Below are positions 28,078 through 42,310 of a stretch of DNA of 64,000 bases, piece by piece. The DNA comes from Eledone cirrhosa (lineage: Eukaryota). Position 1 is the first letter of the stretch. Each line of letters opens with the position of its first letter. The position numbers and the translations under genes were made by a program. The notes below the pieces were generated by a model. The model was not told the origin of the DNA. It saw nothing but the letters and a program-made list of their open reading frames with translations, and made no database searches. Location of the stretch: the NCBI GenBank assembly GCA_964016885.1, contig OZ024745.1:53196001-53260000 (forward strand), in the 5' to 3' direction.

Positions 28078-28689
28078 ACGTGGTGGAGCATAAATTGAAG
28101 CCAAATGGTTCGTGATAGATTCGTAGATACCGCTCGAGATATTGCAACAAAGTGTGATATCCATTAATATTAAACCGACTTGATGTTTTTCTATCACTAG
28201 CAAAAGGAATATGAGCCAACCTAAAGCCAGTGGCACCAGACATCCTCCAAAAAGTACCTTTGCCATAACTAGCCTAGTGTATGTGCATAGTAAAAGTCCT
28301 CACCCTTCAACCGACGCAGCATAGGAAACCCTGTAAAATTTCCCAGCATATGATGTACATTTCTGATTTGACCGAAGCCATCCGATCCCCAAAAAGAACT
28401 GTATCAGTTCTCAGCTTATGCTGAACGCTTCAAATCTGTCTCCAACCAACTGTGGGGAATACAAGGGTGATAAACGCATTGACCCTGTGGTGACGTCAAA
28501 TGTTGTACAGACAGGTAACCATCAACTCTGTTTGGACAGATGATGCAGCGCAATCAGCCGCCGAGTTGACTGGAGTGTTTCATTGTATTTTGTAACTATT
28601 GCGTATAACTTATACAGCTTCTCCAAGTTCGTCATTTGTCGTATAAGTGGCTGAGCATTTCAGATACACATGCACGCATAACGCATTTG

Positions 28690-28880
28690 TTCAAGATAAT
28701 ACAACTTGTGAAATGACTTGCAGCCCATTGAATTGCAGCTGCGTTGCAAAATATTTTTGTCAGATGAGTTAACTGGAGCAACGTAAAATAAAGAGTATTT
28801 TCCTCAAAGCACAACGTGCCAGACGATTCAAGAATGGAGCCCAGGACCTTATAATTGTGTGCCAAAACCCTACCCACGAA
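28690..28880 (-). mobile_element. Diverged tRNA-derived SINE family B
   Basis: The reverse complement resembles the TTGAGCAAGACACTTTATTT..CGTTGCTCCAGTT.ACTCA.CTG core of 33025-33360. Confidence 0.65.
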
Positions 28881-29370
28881 AACCGAACATTAAATTATGA
28901 ATGACAATATTGAAATACTCTACTTGTGTATTAGTAAAGTTAGAATTTGAACGCGGATATTCCTACTTGCAGAGACATCTTACTAAAGTAGGTTATAGTC
29001 ATAGACAAATTTGACTTTGAGTATTAGCCATGCACTTGTCCGCTGGTATATATATTTTGGTGATTATTTCACAATGAATGAACAAGATAAAACAATACTT
29101 CAAATTTAAAAATAAACTGTGAGAAATCTACCTCCAACGGCAGCAATCTTTATGATAGTAAGCGTAGAAATTGTCTCACTCACGCACAATCATACACTCA
29201 CCCACGCTTATACAGACATATCATCTTCATTGTCACTATCATATTCCTTATAACCATCACCAGTTTCATAGTCTAATCAGTATAACAATTACCAGTAGCG
29301 TGTTCATCATTATCATCATCGTCTTCACCACAATCACCATCACAGTGATTAATCATTTTACTACTTTCAT

Positions 29371-29483
29371 TTCTTCTTCTTCTTCTTCTTCTTCTTCTTC
29401 TTCTTCTTCTTCTTCTTCTTCTTCTTCTTCTTCTTCTTCTTCTCCTCCCCCTCCTCCCCTCCTCCTCATCATCATCATCATCA
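29371..29483. repeat. (TTC)n-(CCT)n-(CAT)n trinucleotide microsatellite
   Basis: Direct inspection. Confidence 0.95.
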
Positions 29484-29854
29484 TTCTACACAAACAGGAA
29501 AATCACTTCCAGTGCCAGACTGATCGATACTAAATATAATAGTATAAAGGAATTTATACTATAATACAAGTTACTTGCTGGCTTTTTGTATCAATAAAAC
29601 CAACTTCTTTCTACACATACATAAACAAAAACTCAGACATATACATAGACGCAAACATGCACGCTTGTATAATATATATATAAATATATATATATATATA
29701 CATACAGTGAGAGACAGACAGTCAGGGGTTGGGTGTGTGCGTGTCTGTGTTTGCACACAAAGACGGGCATACAAGCAATAGCCGAACAACAAAATACGAT
29801 GCTATATTAACTGTGTCACTATGTATCTATCTATGTATCTATTTATATATCTAT

Positions 29855-32239
29855 ATTTCGGCCGCTGAGATAGAGGACGTGCTGAGCCAATGCGGCAAAC
29901 GCAAATCCCCGGGTCTCGATGGTCTTCCTTACGAATTATATCTAGCTATGCCGGACTTGTTCCCCGATCTCCTCGAGGCGGTCTACTGCAACTGGCAACA
30001 GAACGGGAGAATTCCCTGTACTGTGACCAAGGGCGTAGTCACGCTAGTGAGGAAGGACGAGAACAAGGGGGACGAAATAAGTAACTTCAGGCCCATAACA
30101 CTGCTAAATACAGAGTTACAGATTTTGGCCAAGGTGCTAGCAAAGAGGTTGGCGCTTGTCGTGGGCAACCTGGTGGGAGATGCGCAGACATGCGCTATCC
30201 CGTCCAGGTCCATCCATGACAACCTCCACCTCATGCGATACATCATAGAGAGGGTTGGGAACGAACCCGGCTTTGGTGGGGCTCTGATCAACTTGGATCA
30301 ATCTAAGGCGTTCGATAGGGTCGACCATGGTTACCTGGATGCGGTGCTAGCGGCGGCAGGCTTCGGACCCGTTTTCAGGGGCTGGATCACTGCTATGCAC
30401 AGCAGCCGCATCTGCTCTAGGGTCAAGGTGAACGGCTACCTCTCGGAGCCGTTCAAAATCGCGCGGTCCATCCGACAAGGGTGCCCTCTCTCCTCCCTTC
30501 TGTATGTGTTGACTCTCGAGCCACTACTGCGGAAGTTGGAGTTGTTGCAGGGCATCCCTTTGGAACCGGGATTGCGGAAAGCGGTGTCGGCCTACGCCGA
30601 TGACGTGACAGTAATGGTGTCGACGGCCTCCGAAATCGAGGCGGTCGGCACCTTACTGGAGGAGTACGAAAAGTTCACAGGGGCTAAGCTGAACCGGGAC
30701 AAGTCGATCGGTTTGCAACTCGGCACGTGGAGGGGCAGACCGATGCCCTCCGATGGCGTCGTCGGACGCTGGACGGAGGGCCCGGTGAAGTTGCTCGGGG
30801 TCTGGTTCGGACCGGACCTCCAGGTGGAGAAAAACTGGGCGGAGGTTACGAACAGGGTGTTTGCACTGACCCAGAAGTGGGCCAGTTGCAAACTATCCCT
30901 GAAAGGTCGGGCAGAGGTGGCGAACACCTACATAGCGTCCGTCATCTACTACCGCCTGACCGTAGTGCCCTGCCCAAGGGAAACCCTCACCAAGATGGAG
31001 CGCGCGCTCTTCCAATTCCTTTGGAAGAGGCGGGCTCCTATGGTGAGGAGATCCATCTGCTGTCAACACCCTTCGAAAGGAGGGCTGGGGATGCCATGGC
31101 TAATGATGCGTAAACACGCATTAAGGCTACGGCACCTCTACGTATTCCTCACCGGACAACCGGTGTGGGCCTCGTTTGTGAGACGAACCTTTCCCAGACT
31201 CGTCTCACTCACCGAGCTGCAATCCTGGGTCAAGCAAAGACCGAGAAAACTGGGCGCCTGGCACACTGAGTGTGCCCAGGCGCCCACCGCCCTCTGGCAG
31301 GCGGATCCGGTTATCAGTGGAGACTCCACCGCAACATTCTATAGAGGGCTGGTACGCAGCAGGTGCGACGACGCCCTCGGAGAAGCCCTAGACATGGAGG
31401 AGGACGAACTGGCCAGCCTGTTCGGTAGGACATTCAGCCCGGGACCTATGGACAACTTCCAGAAGTCCCTGGCCTGGCAGTGCTACCGAGGGGCTTTACC
31501 CGTTCGAGAAAGGCTCTACAGACACGGGCGCCCGGGTAGGGACCCCGCCAAAAAGATCTGTCCCAGATGCGTGTGCGACGAGGAAACCGTTGCACACGCA
31601 TTGGTACACTGCTCGGGCGTAGCCGATCTGTGGGGCTATGTCGAACAACTGCTGTCAAGGGTGGGACCGATCCGGTTGACCACCGAGTCTATTGTAATGA
31701 TCAAGCCGCCTCCCCCCTTCAAAGATGAAGCAGAGGCGGTGTTTCTGTGCGTAATAGCCATGGCGAAAGAGGTTGTATGGTGGACGCGTCTGAAAGGACT
31801 GAGGTCGGGCACCTTTCTCTCTGGCCAACAACTGGTCCGTTTCTTCCGATATCATTTCGGAAGAAGGATCAGGATGGAGAGAGAGGTGCTGCACCCCAGC
31901 CGTTTCTATGAAAGATGGGTGAAAGTGGCGAGAATGGCCCGTGTGAATGGGCCTTCACTCTACATCAGACTATAGGTGAGGAAGATGAAAGACCAAGGGA
32001 GCACCCCTTCTCTGTGCTCCTGAGGAGTAGGGTTGCACACTTTTTTCGGGGGTGTGTGCGACCCCCCAAGGCGCCTCCTCTCTATTGAGGATTTTGTTAA
32101 AAATTTTATTTTTTGTTATATCTTATTTTATTTTTATATTTTGTTATTGCCTCCTCCTTATTGAGGACGCCTTTTTGTGTAAACTCCCCCCTTTGTACTT
32201 GTCCCACTTTTGATGCCCTAGTGGCAAATAAAAGAAATA
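29855..32239 (+). mobile_element. 5'-truncated L1/Tx1-clade LINE with 19-bp TSD
   Basis: TATCTATTTATATATCTAT appears at 29836-29854 and 32240-32258. AATAAA lies near 32227. The 3' UTR resembles that of the 13.9-kb copy. Confidence 0.93.
29858..31975 (+). CDS. Uninterrupted RT plus C-terminal CCHC zinc-finger frame of the L1/Tx1 element (no native start; endonuclease lost)
   Basis: KSPGLDG, NFRPITLLN, DQSKAFDRVDH, IRQGCPLS, AYADD, CPRC..EETVAHALVHC; about 705 codons without a stop. Confidence 0.88.
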   Translation, partial: SAAEIEDVLSQCGKRKSPGLDGLPYELYLAMPDLFPDLLEAVYCNWQQNGRIPCTVTKGVVTLVRKDENKGDEISNFRPITLLNTELQILAKVLAKRLALVVGNLVGDAQTCAIPSRSIHDNLHLMRYIIERVGNEPGFGGALINLDQSKAFDRVDHGYLDAVLAAAGFGPVFRGWITAMHSSRICSRVKVNGYLSEPFKIARSIRQGCPLSSLLYVLTLEPLLRKLELLQGIPLEPGLRKAVSAYADDVTVMVSTASEIEAVGTLLEEYEKFTGAKLNRDKSIGLQLGTWRGRPMPSDGVVGRWTEGPVKLLGVWFGPDLQVEKNWAEVTNRVFALTQKWASCKLSLKGRAEVANTYIASVIYYRLTVVPCPRETLTKMERALFQFLWKRRAPMVRRSICCQHPSKGGLGMPWLMMRKHALRLRHLYVFLTGQPVWASFVRRTFPRLVSLTELQSWVKQRPRKLGAWHTECAQAPTALWQADPVISGDSTATFYRGLVRSRCDDALGEALDMEEDELASLFGRTFSPGPMDNFQKSLAWQCYRGALPVRERLYRHGRPGRDPAKKICPRCVCDEETVAHALVHCSGVADLWGYVEQLLSRVGPIRLTTESIVMIKPPPPFKDEAEAVFLCVIAMAKEVVWWTRLKGLRSGTFLSGQQLVRFFRYHFGRRIRMEREVLHPSRFYERWVKVARMARVNGPSLYIRL

Positions 32240-32257
32240 TATCTATTTATATATCTA

Positions 32258-32331
<74 letters not shown>

Positions 32332-32335
32332 GCGA

Positions 32336-32978
<643 letters not shown>

Positions 32979-33024
32979 TCTCTCTTTCTATCTCTCTCTC
33001 TATATATATACACACATATATATT

Positions 33025-33360
33025 GAAGGTGCATGGCTCAGTGGTTAGAGCATTAGGCCTGCAATTGAGAGGTTGTTAGTTCGATTCTCGGACCGAGTGA
33101 TGCGTTGTGTATTTGAGCAAGACACTTTATTTCGCGTTGCTCCAGTTTACTCAGCTGTAGAAATGAGTTGCGACGCCACTGGCGCCAAGCTGTATCGTCC
33201 ATTGCCTTTCCCTTGGACAACATCGGTGGTGTGGGGAGGGGAGTCTGGTATGCATGGGTGACTGCTGGTCTTCCACAAATTAAACCTTGCCCAGGCTTCA
33301 AAACTCCGAGGGAAACTTTCTAGGTGCAAAACCACGGTCATTCGTGAGCGAGTGGGGCCA
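33025..33360 (+). mobile_element. tRNA-derived SINE family B, full length
   Basis: A-box TGGCTCAGTGG (33034), B-box GTTCGATTC (33079), core TTGAGCAAGACACTT...CTCAGCTGTAGAAATGAG. Confidence 0.85.
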
Positions 33361-33424
33361 AAAATATATATATATATAAATAGATAGTTAGATAGTGACA
33401 CAGTATATATATACATATATATAC

Positions 33425-33585
<161 letters not shown>

Positions 33586-33683
33586 TTAGAAAGTGAGGTT
33601 TTTTTTACAAAATGAAAAGTAACCGAGGTGTCCTACACGAGTGAAAGTATAAAGAAAAAGAGATGAAATCGAAAATGCAACTG

Positions 33684-35563
33684 TAATTAAGGAAGCGGAC
33701 AAGGGAAGTACTGTTGTCATTATGGAGGCTGAAAAATATAAAAATTCTATGTTCTCTCTCTTACAAAATACTAATTACTATGAAAGAGTAAAAAACTACC
33801 AGCAATCAAAAATAATGACCAAATTAAACACACTGATTTATCGATACCAGGAAGACCTAACTAAAAAGGAACGCGATTATTTAACACATTTTGAATACAA
33901 AACCAGCAACCTTTCCGGACTTCCGAAGATCCACAAATGTAAAATAATCAACGATGCCTGTAAACAATCCACCTCAGCCTGCGTGAACACACAATACCCC
34001 ACAGACCTTAAATTAAGACCAATTGTAGCGGGCCCACAATGTGAAACACACAGATTGAGCAACTTTATAGACATACTACTGAAACCAATACTGAAACACA
34101 TACCAAGCCTTGTAAGAGACGATCTGGACCTCTTAAACCACCTCCCCAAACATGTCAACAACGACACTATTATTGTGTCTTTCGATGTAGTGAATCTCTA
34201 CACAACGATCCCACACCAATACGGACTAGAAGCAATAGGATTCTGGCTAGAGAAATATCCCAATGAGATACCTGACAGAATAGAAAAAAGCTTCATTACC
34301 GAGGGATTAAAATTCATCCTACAGAACAACTTTTTTGATTTCGATGGCAATACTTACAAGCAAATATCGGGGACTGCGATGGGCACAAAAGCCGCTCCAA
34401 CTTATGCCAACTTAGTCATGGCATACTTAGAAGTCCAGATATATGAACAGTCCAAATCAAATTACGGATTGAACTTCCACAAATATTTATCAGAGAATTG
34501 GAAACACTAATTGGATGATTGCCTCATTCTTTGGTCCCACACACTCGACCAACTGAAGGATTTCAAAAACTTAATAAACGGCATCAATAACCACATCCAA
34601 TTCACAATGGAATACAGCCAAGATCAACTCCCATTTCTGGACATCTTAATCACAAAAAAAGACACAAATATCGAAACTGACATACACTACAAACCAACAG
34701 ATTCCAAACAATATCTGCTATTCACCTCCAACCATCCAAAGCACACGAAGACGAACATTCCTTTTAACCTAGCAAGAAGAATTTGCACAATTATCTCCAA
34801 TTATGAAACGCGAAATAAAAGACTTCAAGAATTAAAGGAAATTCTACTTGAGAGAGAGTACCCACTATTACTAATAAATAATGGAATAGAAAGGGCTAAA
34901 GCAATAGGCATTGATGAATTACGGAAACAGAAACAAATTCAAGGTACGTCCAATATTCTATCATATATCTCAACACACAACCCAAGAAATGCGGAAGCTT
35001 ACAACACTATTCACAATAACATCCCACTACTAAAACAAAACCCAAGAATGAAAAAAGCCCTTGAAACACACAAAATAATCAAAAGCAAAAGACAACCAAA
35101 ATCACTGAAAACATTACTCACCAATGCCAAATTACCTACCACAAACCCACAACCAAGTATCAAAAAATGTGGTCGCTCTAATTGTGGAACCTGCACTCAC
35201 CTCATTGAAGGCAACACGTATACATTTAAATCAGGACAAAATTTGACTGTAAAAAATCACTTCACTTGCTCATCAAAAAATCTAATTTATGCCATTAAAT
35301 GTAAAGGATGCAATGAAGATTATATAGGACAAACTAAACTCACACTCAGAAACAGAATGACAGTTCATCGCCAACAATTACGAGATCCAACCACGAGACA
35401 GATACCACTAAGTGCACATCTAGACATTTGCGCAAGTAATAAGACACCCAAATTCCAAGTCTTCCCATTTTACCTTTGTGCTAACAATACAACAGAACAA
35501 ATGCGAATAAATAAGGAAAATATGTTTATTCAAAAATATAGACCAACATTAAATAAGGTTTAA
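33684..35563 (+). pseudogene. PLE reverse transcriptase plus GIY-YIG endonuclease ORF with one in-frame stop
   Basis: IKEADKG, GLPKIHK, LRPIV, SFDVVNLYT, GTAMGT, KH*LDD (TAA at 34508-34510 in the catalytic YxDD motif), CGRSNCGTC, NLIYAIKC..C..DYIGQT, RMTVH. Confidence 0.93.
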
Positions 35564-36038
35564 TATACATTATGTCAACACCACAATATGACATACACAC
35601 ACATAACACCTTCTACTTTAGAAAATAAAAACCCGAACTAAATAAACCTTAACATACGTTTGCACTGGCAATACAACAGCAAACACGAAAAAGTAAGGAA
35701 AATATGTTCATTCAAAAATATTCCTACTAAAGGAATCACTTTCCTACACACACACATACACACACACACAATATATATATATATATATATATTCTCTTCA
35801 TCTTAACATGCTAACCATACTCCCACACACATAACACCCATACACACACATAACAACCCCCACACCTACAACTCCCTCCTCATTTCTACTAATAGAACCA
35901 CTTTCCTACACACATATATATATACACACACAAAATATATATTCTCTCCATCTTAACATACTCGCACACACACACATAACACCCATATACACACACAACT
36001 CCCTCCCCCATCTCTACTAATAGAATCATCTTCCAATA

Positions 36039-36081
<43 letters not shown>

Positions 36082-36602
36082 ACACACAAGCACACAAATA
36101 AACATACATATCTTCAGTCTCAATAGAAAATCTGAACTCTGACACCCCGGCGAGCTGGCCATATTCACTGAACCAGAACATTTCTCCCAATCCCTTTTCT
36201 CTTGACCACTATCTCTCCATTGTCATAACATTCACTATAAAGACTACAGAATAGTTTTCCAAATAAGGGCGCAAAAATGTAATAAAAACTTGTTCACGTG
36301 ACAGCCAAATTTCATTTATAACCAACCCCAAAAAAGCCTTCGTGAGCCTCCTTTTTTCAAGTAAAAAGAAATTCAAAAACTCATATATAAAAAAACAACC
36401 TGTGACAACCCCCCCCCCCCCCCTCTTATTTGAAGAACTATTGTAACGCGAACTGGCGCGAAATTTATTATAATTATTGACTAACCAATCAAATTACTTC
36501 TCGAAAAACCTGGAATTTCGAGCCACTTTTTCCATATAAAGCAAGTAACATTCAGAGACCAACCAGATGTGAGAAAAACCACAGACCCTCCATCTCAACT
36601 CA

Positions 36603-36640
36603 CCTTTTGAAAAGCAGAAGAACTGCGAAACCGGTAAAGG
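36603..36640 (+). ncRNA. Minimal type-I hammerhead ribozyme motif, U3-A8 variant
   Basis: cctt-TTGAAAA-gcag(aagaa)ctgc-GAAA-ccgg-TA-aagg: stem I cctt/aagg, stem II gcag/ctgc, palindromic stem III. Confidence 0.7.
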
Positions 36641-36709
36641 AACCAAATAAATATATATATTTTTAAAAAAAATAAGACTTCAGTTGCATTTTCGATTTCA
36701 TCTCTTTTT

Positions 36710-36778
<69 letters not shown>

Positions 36779-36780
36779 CA

Positions 36781-36898
<118 letters not shown>

Positions 36899-36899
36899 A

Positions 36900-38150
<1,251 letters not shown>

Positions 38151-38665
38151 TAGTTCAGGTATACAGTGCTGTGACGTTAGGATAGGATTCGAGTAGCAGA
38201 TGTGTAGATTGTTGCCTATATGCTTCTAACCAGTCGAATATGCCTGCGGTGCCATTGCTCCACCGCTGTGGGACTTGTGAAGATGCACATAAAGATGGCA
38301 AGGCTACACACATAGCACCAACTCCACCCCCGCAGTGTTGTGGCCAGTGACAAGCCAAACCAAGAGAACAGGACAAATAAGAGGATCGGTTGTGTTATAG
38401 TCATTGAGTTTAACCTCTCCATGCGGTGTAGCCGTACTCACCACACTTAACCAATTGTAGGTTGGTGATGTCTTTTGTTAAATGTCCTTTGACACTGTGG
38501 AGATCATCTTCCCTTTGACAGCTCTGCATTTTATGCTGCTGGGTTTCCACTTATCCTATTCCCCAGACTAGTTGGAGAGCCAGTTTGGTCGTTGACCACC
38601 TGACCATGGATCAGGTTGTACTGGGGTACATGGTACCAGTAACAGACAGAAACCTGAACTGACAA

Positions 38666-38715
<50 letters not shown>

Positions 38716-39040
38716 CGAAACATAAGTCAATTGCATGAACTCATAATCCTTTATTTACTGCTATATATATCTCGATGATAGCCACCGAATGGCCACGACC
38801 CCATCAGGCAGCCAGTCAGTTCCTAGATATGCCAGCTCTGTGTGCACAGTGTTGATGGTATCAGAGCCTTGGGACATTTGAGCTTGTTAGGAATATTTTG
38901 ATGTTGTCAGCAGGAATAGTCTTGATTCTCATTGGTCAGTTTGTAGATGGTAGTAGGTTGGCATTTGACCCCAAAGAGGCAGGTGGTTCTGCAGGGTTCA
39001 AACCAACAGGCAAGATATATATATATATATATATATATAT

Positions 39041-39235
39041 AGCAAAGGAATTGTGGTAAGGAACCAGATGGACCATAACGCACCAGAGTACTCAATACTT
39101 AGGGTAGTAGAATGGGAAATAGGAAAAAGTATGACCCCGACGGCAGAGCTCAAGCCGTTTCGACGGCTATTTCTCAGTCCATACATAGCCGTCGAAATGG
39201 CTTGAGCTCTGCCGTCGGGGTCATACTTTTTCCTA
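39041..39235. mobile_element. Fold-back insertion, family F1 copy C
   Basis: Inverted arms ATAGGAAAAAGTATGACCCCGACGGCAGAGCTCAAGCC... with a spacer of about 16 nt and a tail on the left. Confidence 0.88.
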
Positions 39236-39284
39236 TATATATATATAAATATATGTTATATATATTATCGATCATCCAACTATG

Positions 39285-39332
<48 letters not shown>

Positions 39333-40741
39333 AAATATGGAGAAAAATACTGCAGGTAGCGCATGGATAACATGTAATAAAATGAGTCCCTCATCAGTGA
39401 TTTGCCGACGATCATAGATATTTCATTGCATTAAAAATCATATACCTCACGTCGGTGCAATAATAACTAAAATAAGTTATTAGGACAATTAAAACGCGTA
39501 AAGCGAGTGAGACAGGAGAACAACAAAGAGTATAGCTAACCGTAGGGGAATGAAACAAGCTTCATAATTATTCTGTTTAGCATAAGCTAGGTGAATATAT
39601 GAGCGCTTTATATATATATATATATATATATAACATAGTTGGATGACCGATAATATATATAACATAGTTGGATGACCGATAATCACACCAAACCGAAGTA
39701 CTGTGATCCTTGTGATTTCGAGATATACAACCACTGACACTGTTACGAAGACCAGAAAACCATACTCCATAATATTGAACCAAGTGATTGATTTGTGCGA
39801 CCAAAATAACACCACACATATATTGAACTAGGAATATTGGATCCTCCGTCAATGTCTGGGTGAGCAAAAATAGATTTCTATCTGCATTGGAATTTACGAA
39901 CTTGTGCATCTGCTGTGGTGTCAAAAACAAACGCACATGACCGCACAGATGAACAATGGACTATGCCACGTGGGTTGAACCTGCAGGTGAATTGAAGGAT
40001 GTGTAACTCTGATATACAGATTATTTATTATTATGATGTATAAACTTGACATAACTATTATCATCTTATATTCTCTCAACTAATCACATTTGATTATATT
40101 TCTCTATCCCGTTTTCTCCCCCCATATTTATAATATTTTTATTTGAAAAAATCGGTTTTTTTTACATTGTGTTTTTCCCTTTCTAATACTTGCTTATATT
40201 CCTTTATATATTCTCTAAATATTTTTTTATTTATATATATATTTTTTTATCTTTATTCTTATTTTCACTTTTATCCTCTTTTATATTTTACCTTACTCTT
40301 ACTTTTATACCTTATTATAGTGTAATCTTCTCCATGCCTTATTATAAATTATTACTTATAGATTATTATTATTACTCTTTTTCATGCACTGGGTAATTGC
40401 TGGCCTTGTGCCTAAAGTAGAAACAATTATTACTCTTTTTCCATTTCTAATTACCTCATGTACTTTCTCCTCCGTTATATATATATTGTATGCCCTTTGT
40501 GTGTGTGGAGCCTCTGCACACCCTCTGCACCCTATTATCGACGCCACCCCATCTATGGCTCAAATAACCACTCGACTCCCGGGAATGAATATGACCACAG
40601 CTAGTAAAAAAGGACCCACACCCACCCTCACGCACCAAAATTAGACTTATCGTCCCCTGCTTTTGCTCTTTACTCACTTTACTCTTTGTTCTTGAATGTT
40701 TGGTTGGTAGAGTCCAGAACACCAATCAAACCCCTTTTATA

Positions 40742-40786
40742 GCTCTGACGAATCCCACGGTTACGTAAGGAAGAAACATTGTAAGC
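40742..40786 (+). ncRNA. Minimal hammerhead ribozyme motif in a probable pLTR (about 40435-40832)
   Basis: gct-CTGACGA-atcc...ggaa-GAAA-cattg-TA-agc, followed about 45 nt later by (TA)n. Confidence 0.55.
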
Positions 40787-40857
40787 CAATAAAAATCTGT
40801 TGATGTTGTAAACGCTCTTGTGTTGTTTATCATATATATATATATATATATATATAA

Positions 40858-40895
<38 letters not shown>

Positions 40896-40897
<2 letters not shown>

Positions 40898-41099
40898 CGA
40901 AGGAAATGTGGTAAGGAACCAGGTGGACCATAACGCACCAAAGTACTCAATACTTGAGGTAGTAGAGTGGGTAATAGGAACCAGTAAGACCCCGACAGCT
41001 GAGCTCAAGCCGTTTCGACGGCTAATTCTGGACTCCAGAGTCCAGAATTAGCCGTCGAAACGGCTTGAGCTCAGCTGTCGGGGTCTTACTGGTTCCTAT
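40896..41099. mobile_element. Fold-back insertion, family F1 copy D (perfect arms of about 62 bp, 2-nt spacer)
   Basis: Centre CTGGACTC-CA-GAGTCCAG near 41036; tail 40896-40973. Confidence 0.9.
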
Positions 41100-41104
41100 A
41101 TATA

Positions 41105-41520
41105 AATAGGGATATTTAATTTGTTGGAAATTCAACAAATATAAATGTTTATAACTGATTCAGAGCACACGTCAGTTTTCTGGAGTAAATATACAATATT
41201 AAATAAATGGAAAATATATTTATAAAACCATATTTATTCTATTATATATATTTCAAGGGTACCAAAAACTCTGGTACGCTTTCATCAGATAAAATACAAA
41301 ATGTATTTTATAAATTTTGACATAGCCAAGGAAACATACCTTATCAGTTGAATTTTCCTTCGATTCAACTGATAAGGTATGTTTCCTTGGCTATGTCAAA
41401 ATATATAAAACACACTTTGTATTTTATCTGATGAAAGCGTACCAAAGTTTTTGGTACCCTTGAAATATATATAATAGAATAAATATGGTTTTATAAATAT
41501 AGTTTCCATGTATTTAGTAT

Positions 41521-41530
<10 letters not shown>
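41105..41530. mobile_element. Fold-back PLE pLTR with a hammerhead in each arm
   Basis: Arms at about 41190-41353 and 41363-41530 with several mismatches, a 9-nt spacer, and a tail 41105-41190 on the left. Confidence 0.88.
41421..41480 (+). ncRNA. Minimal type-I hammerhead ribozyme motif (mirror copy 41236-41295 on minus)
   Basis: attttat-CTGATGA-aagcgtacc...ggtaccctt-GAAA-tatata-TA-atagaat. Confidence 0.8.
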
Positions 41531-41556
<26 letters not shown>

Positions 41557-41797
41557 GGGTATGATTTTACATTCATTTAAATGATTGACGTATTGTTTTA
41601 TTGATATTTTTTATCTGTTTGGCCCGAATCTTCCTTTATCGATTTTAAATCGTATGGTTGATTGTAGACTTGTTCTATATGTGACGGTATTTTAACGATA
41701 GTTATAGCTCTGATTCATCTGAATTATTGAGCCCTCTGCCGCTCATATCGAATTTCGTTTATCGTGAACTCGTGCGCCGATTTTTCGATACTCGATC

Positions 41798-42307
<510 letters not shown>

Positions 42308-42310
<3 letters not shown>

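Larger units (their letters stand above)
33588..36716 (+). mobile_element. Penelope-like element (Neptune-like Cys linker), 5'-truncated, with inverted terminal piece plus tail at its 5' side
   Basis: RT/GIY-YIG ORF, 3' UTR with a hammerhead motif, and 33648-33683 as the reverse complement of 36681-36716. (TA)n on both sides. Confidence 0.93.

Noticed and set aside
29729-29857. N-terminal 43 aa of the 748-aa ORF
   Set aside because: It lies upstream of or within the TSD; chance read-through from flanking DNA, not part of the LINE protein.
33025-33100. Possible tRNA gene
   Set aside because: A and B boxes are present but there is no convincing cloverleaf, and it continues into a SINE body.
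39380-39430. CTGATGAG on the minus strand as a hammerhead
   Set aside because: No properly placed GAAA or pairable stems were found.
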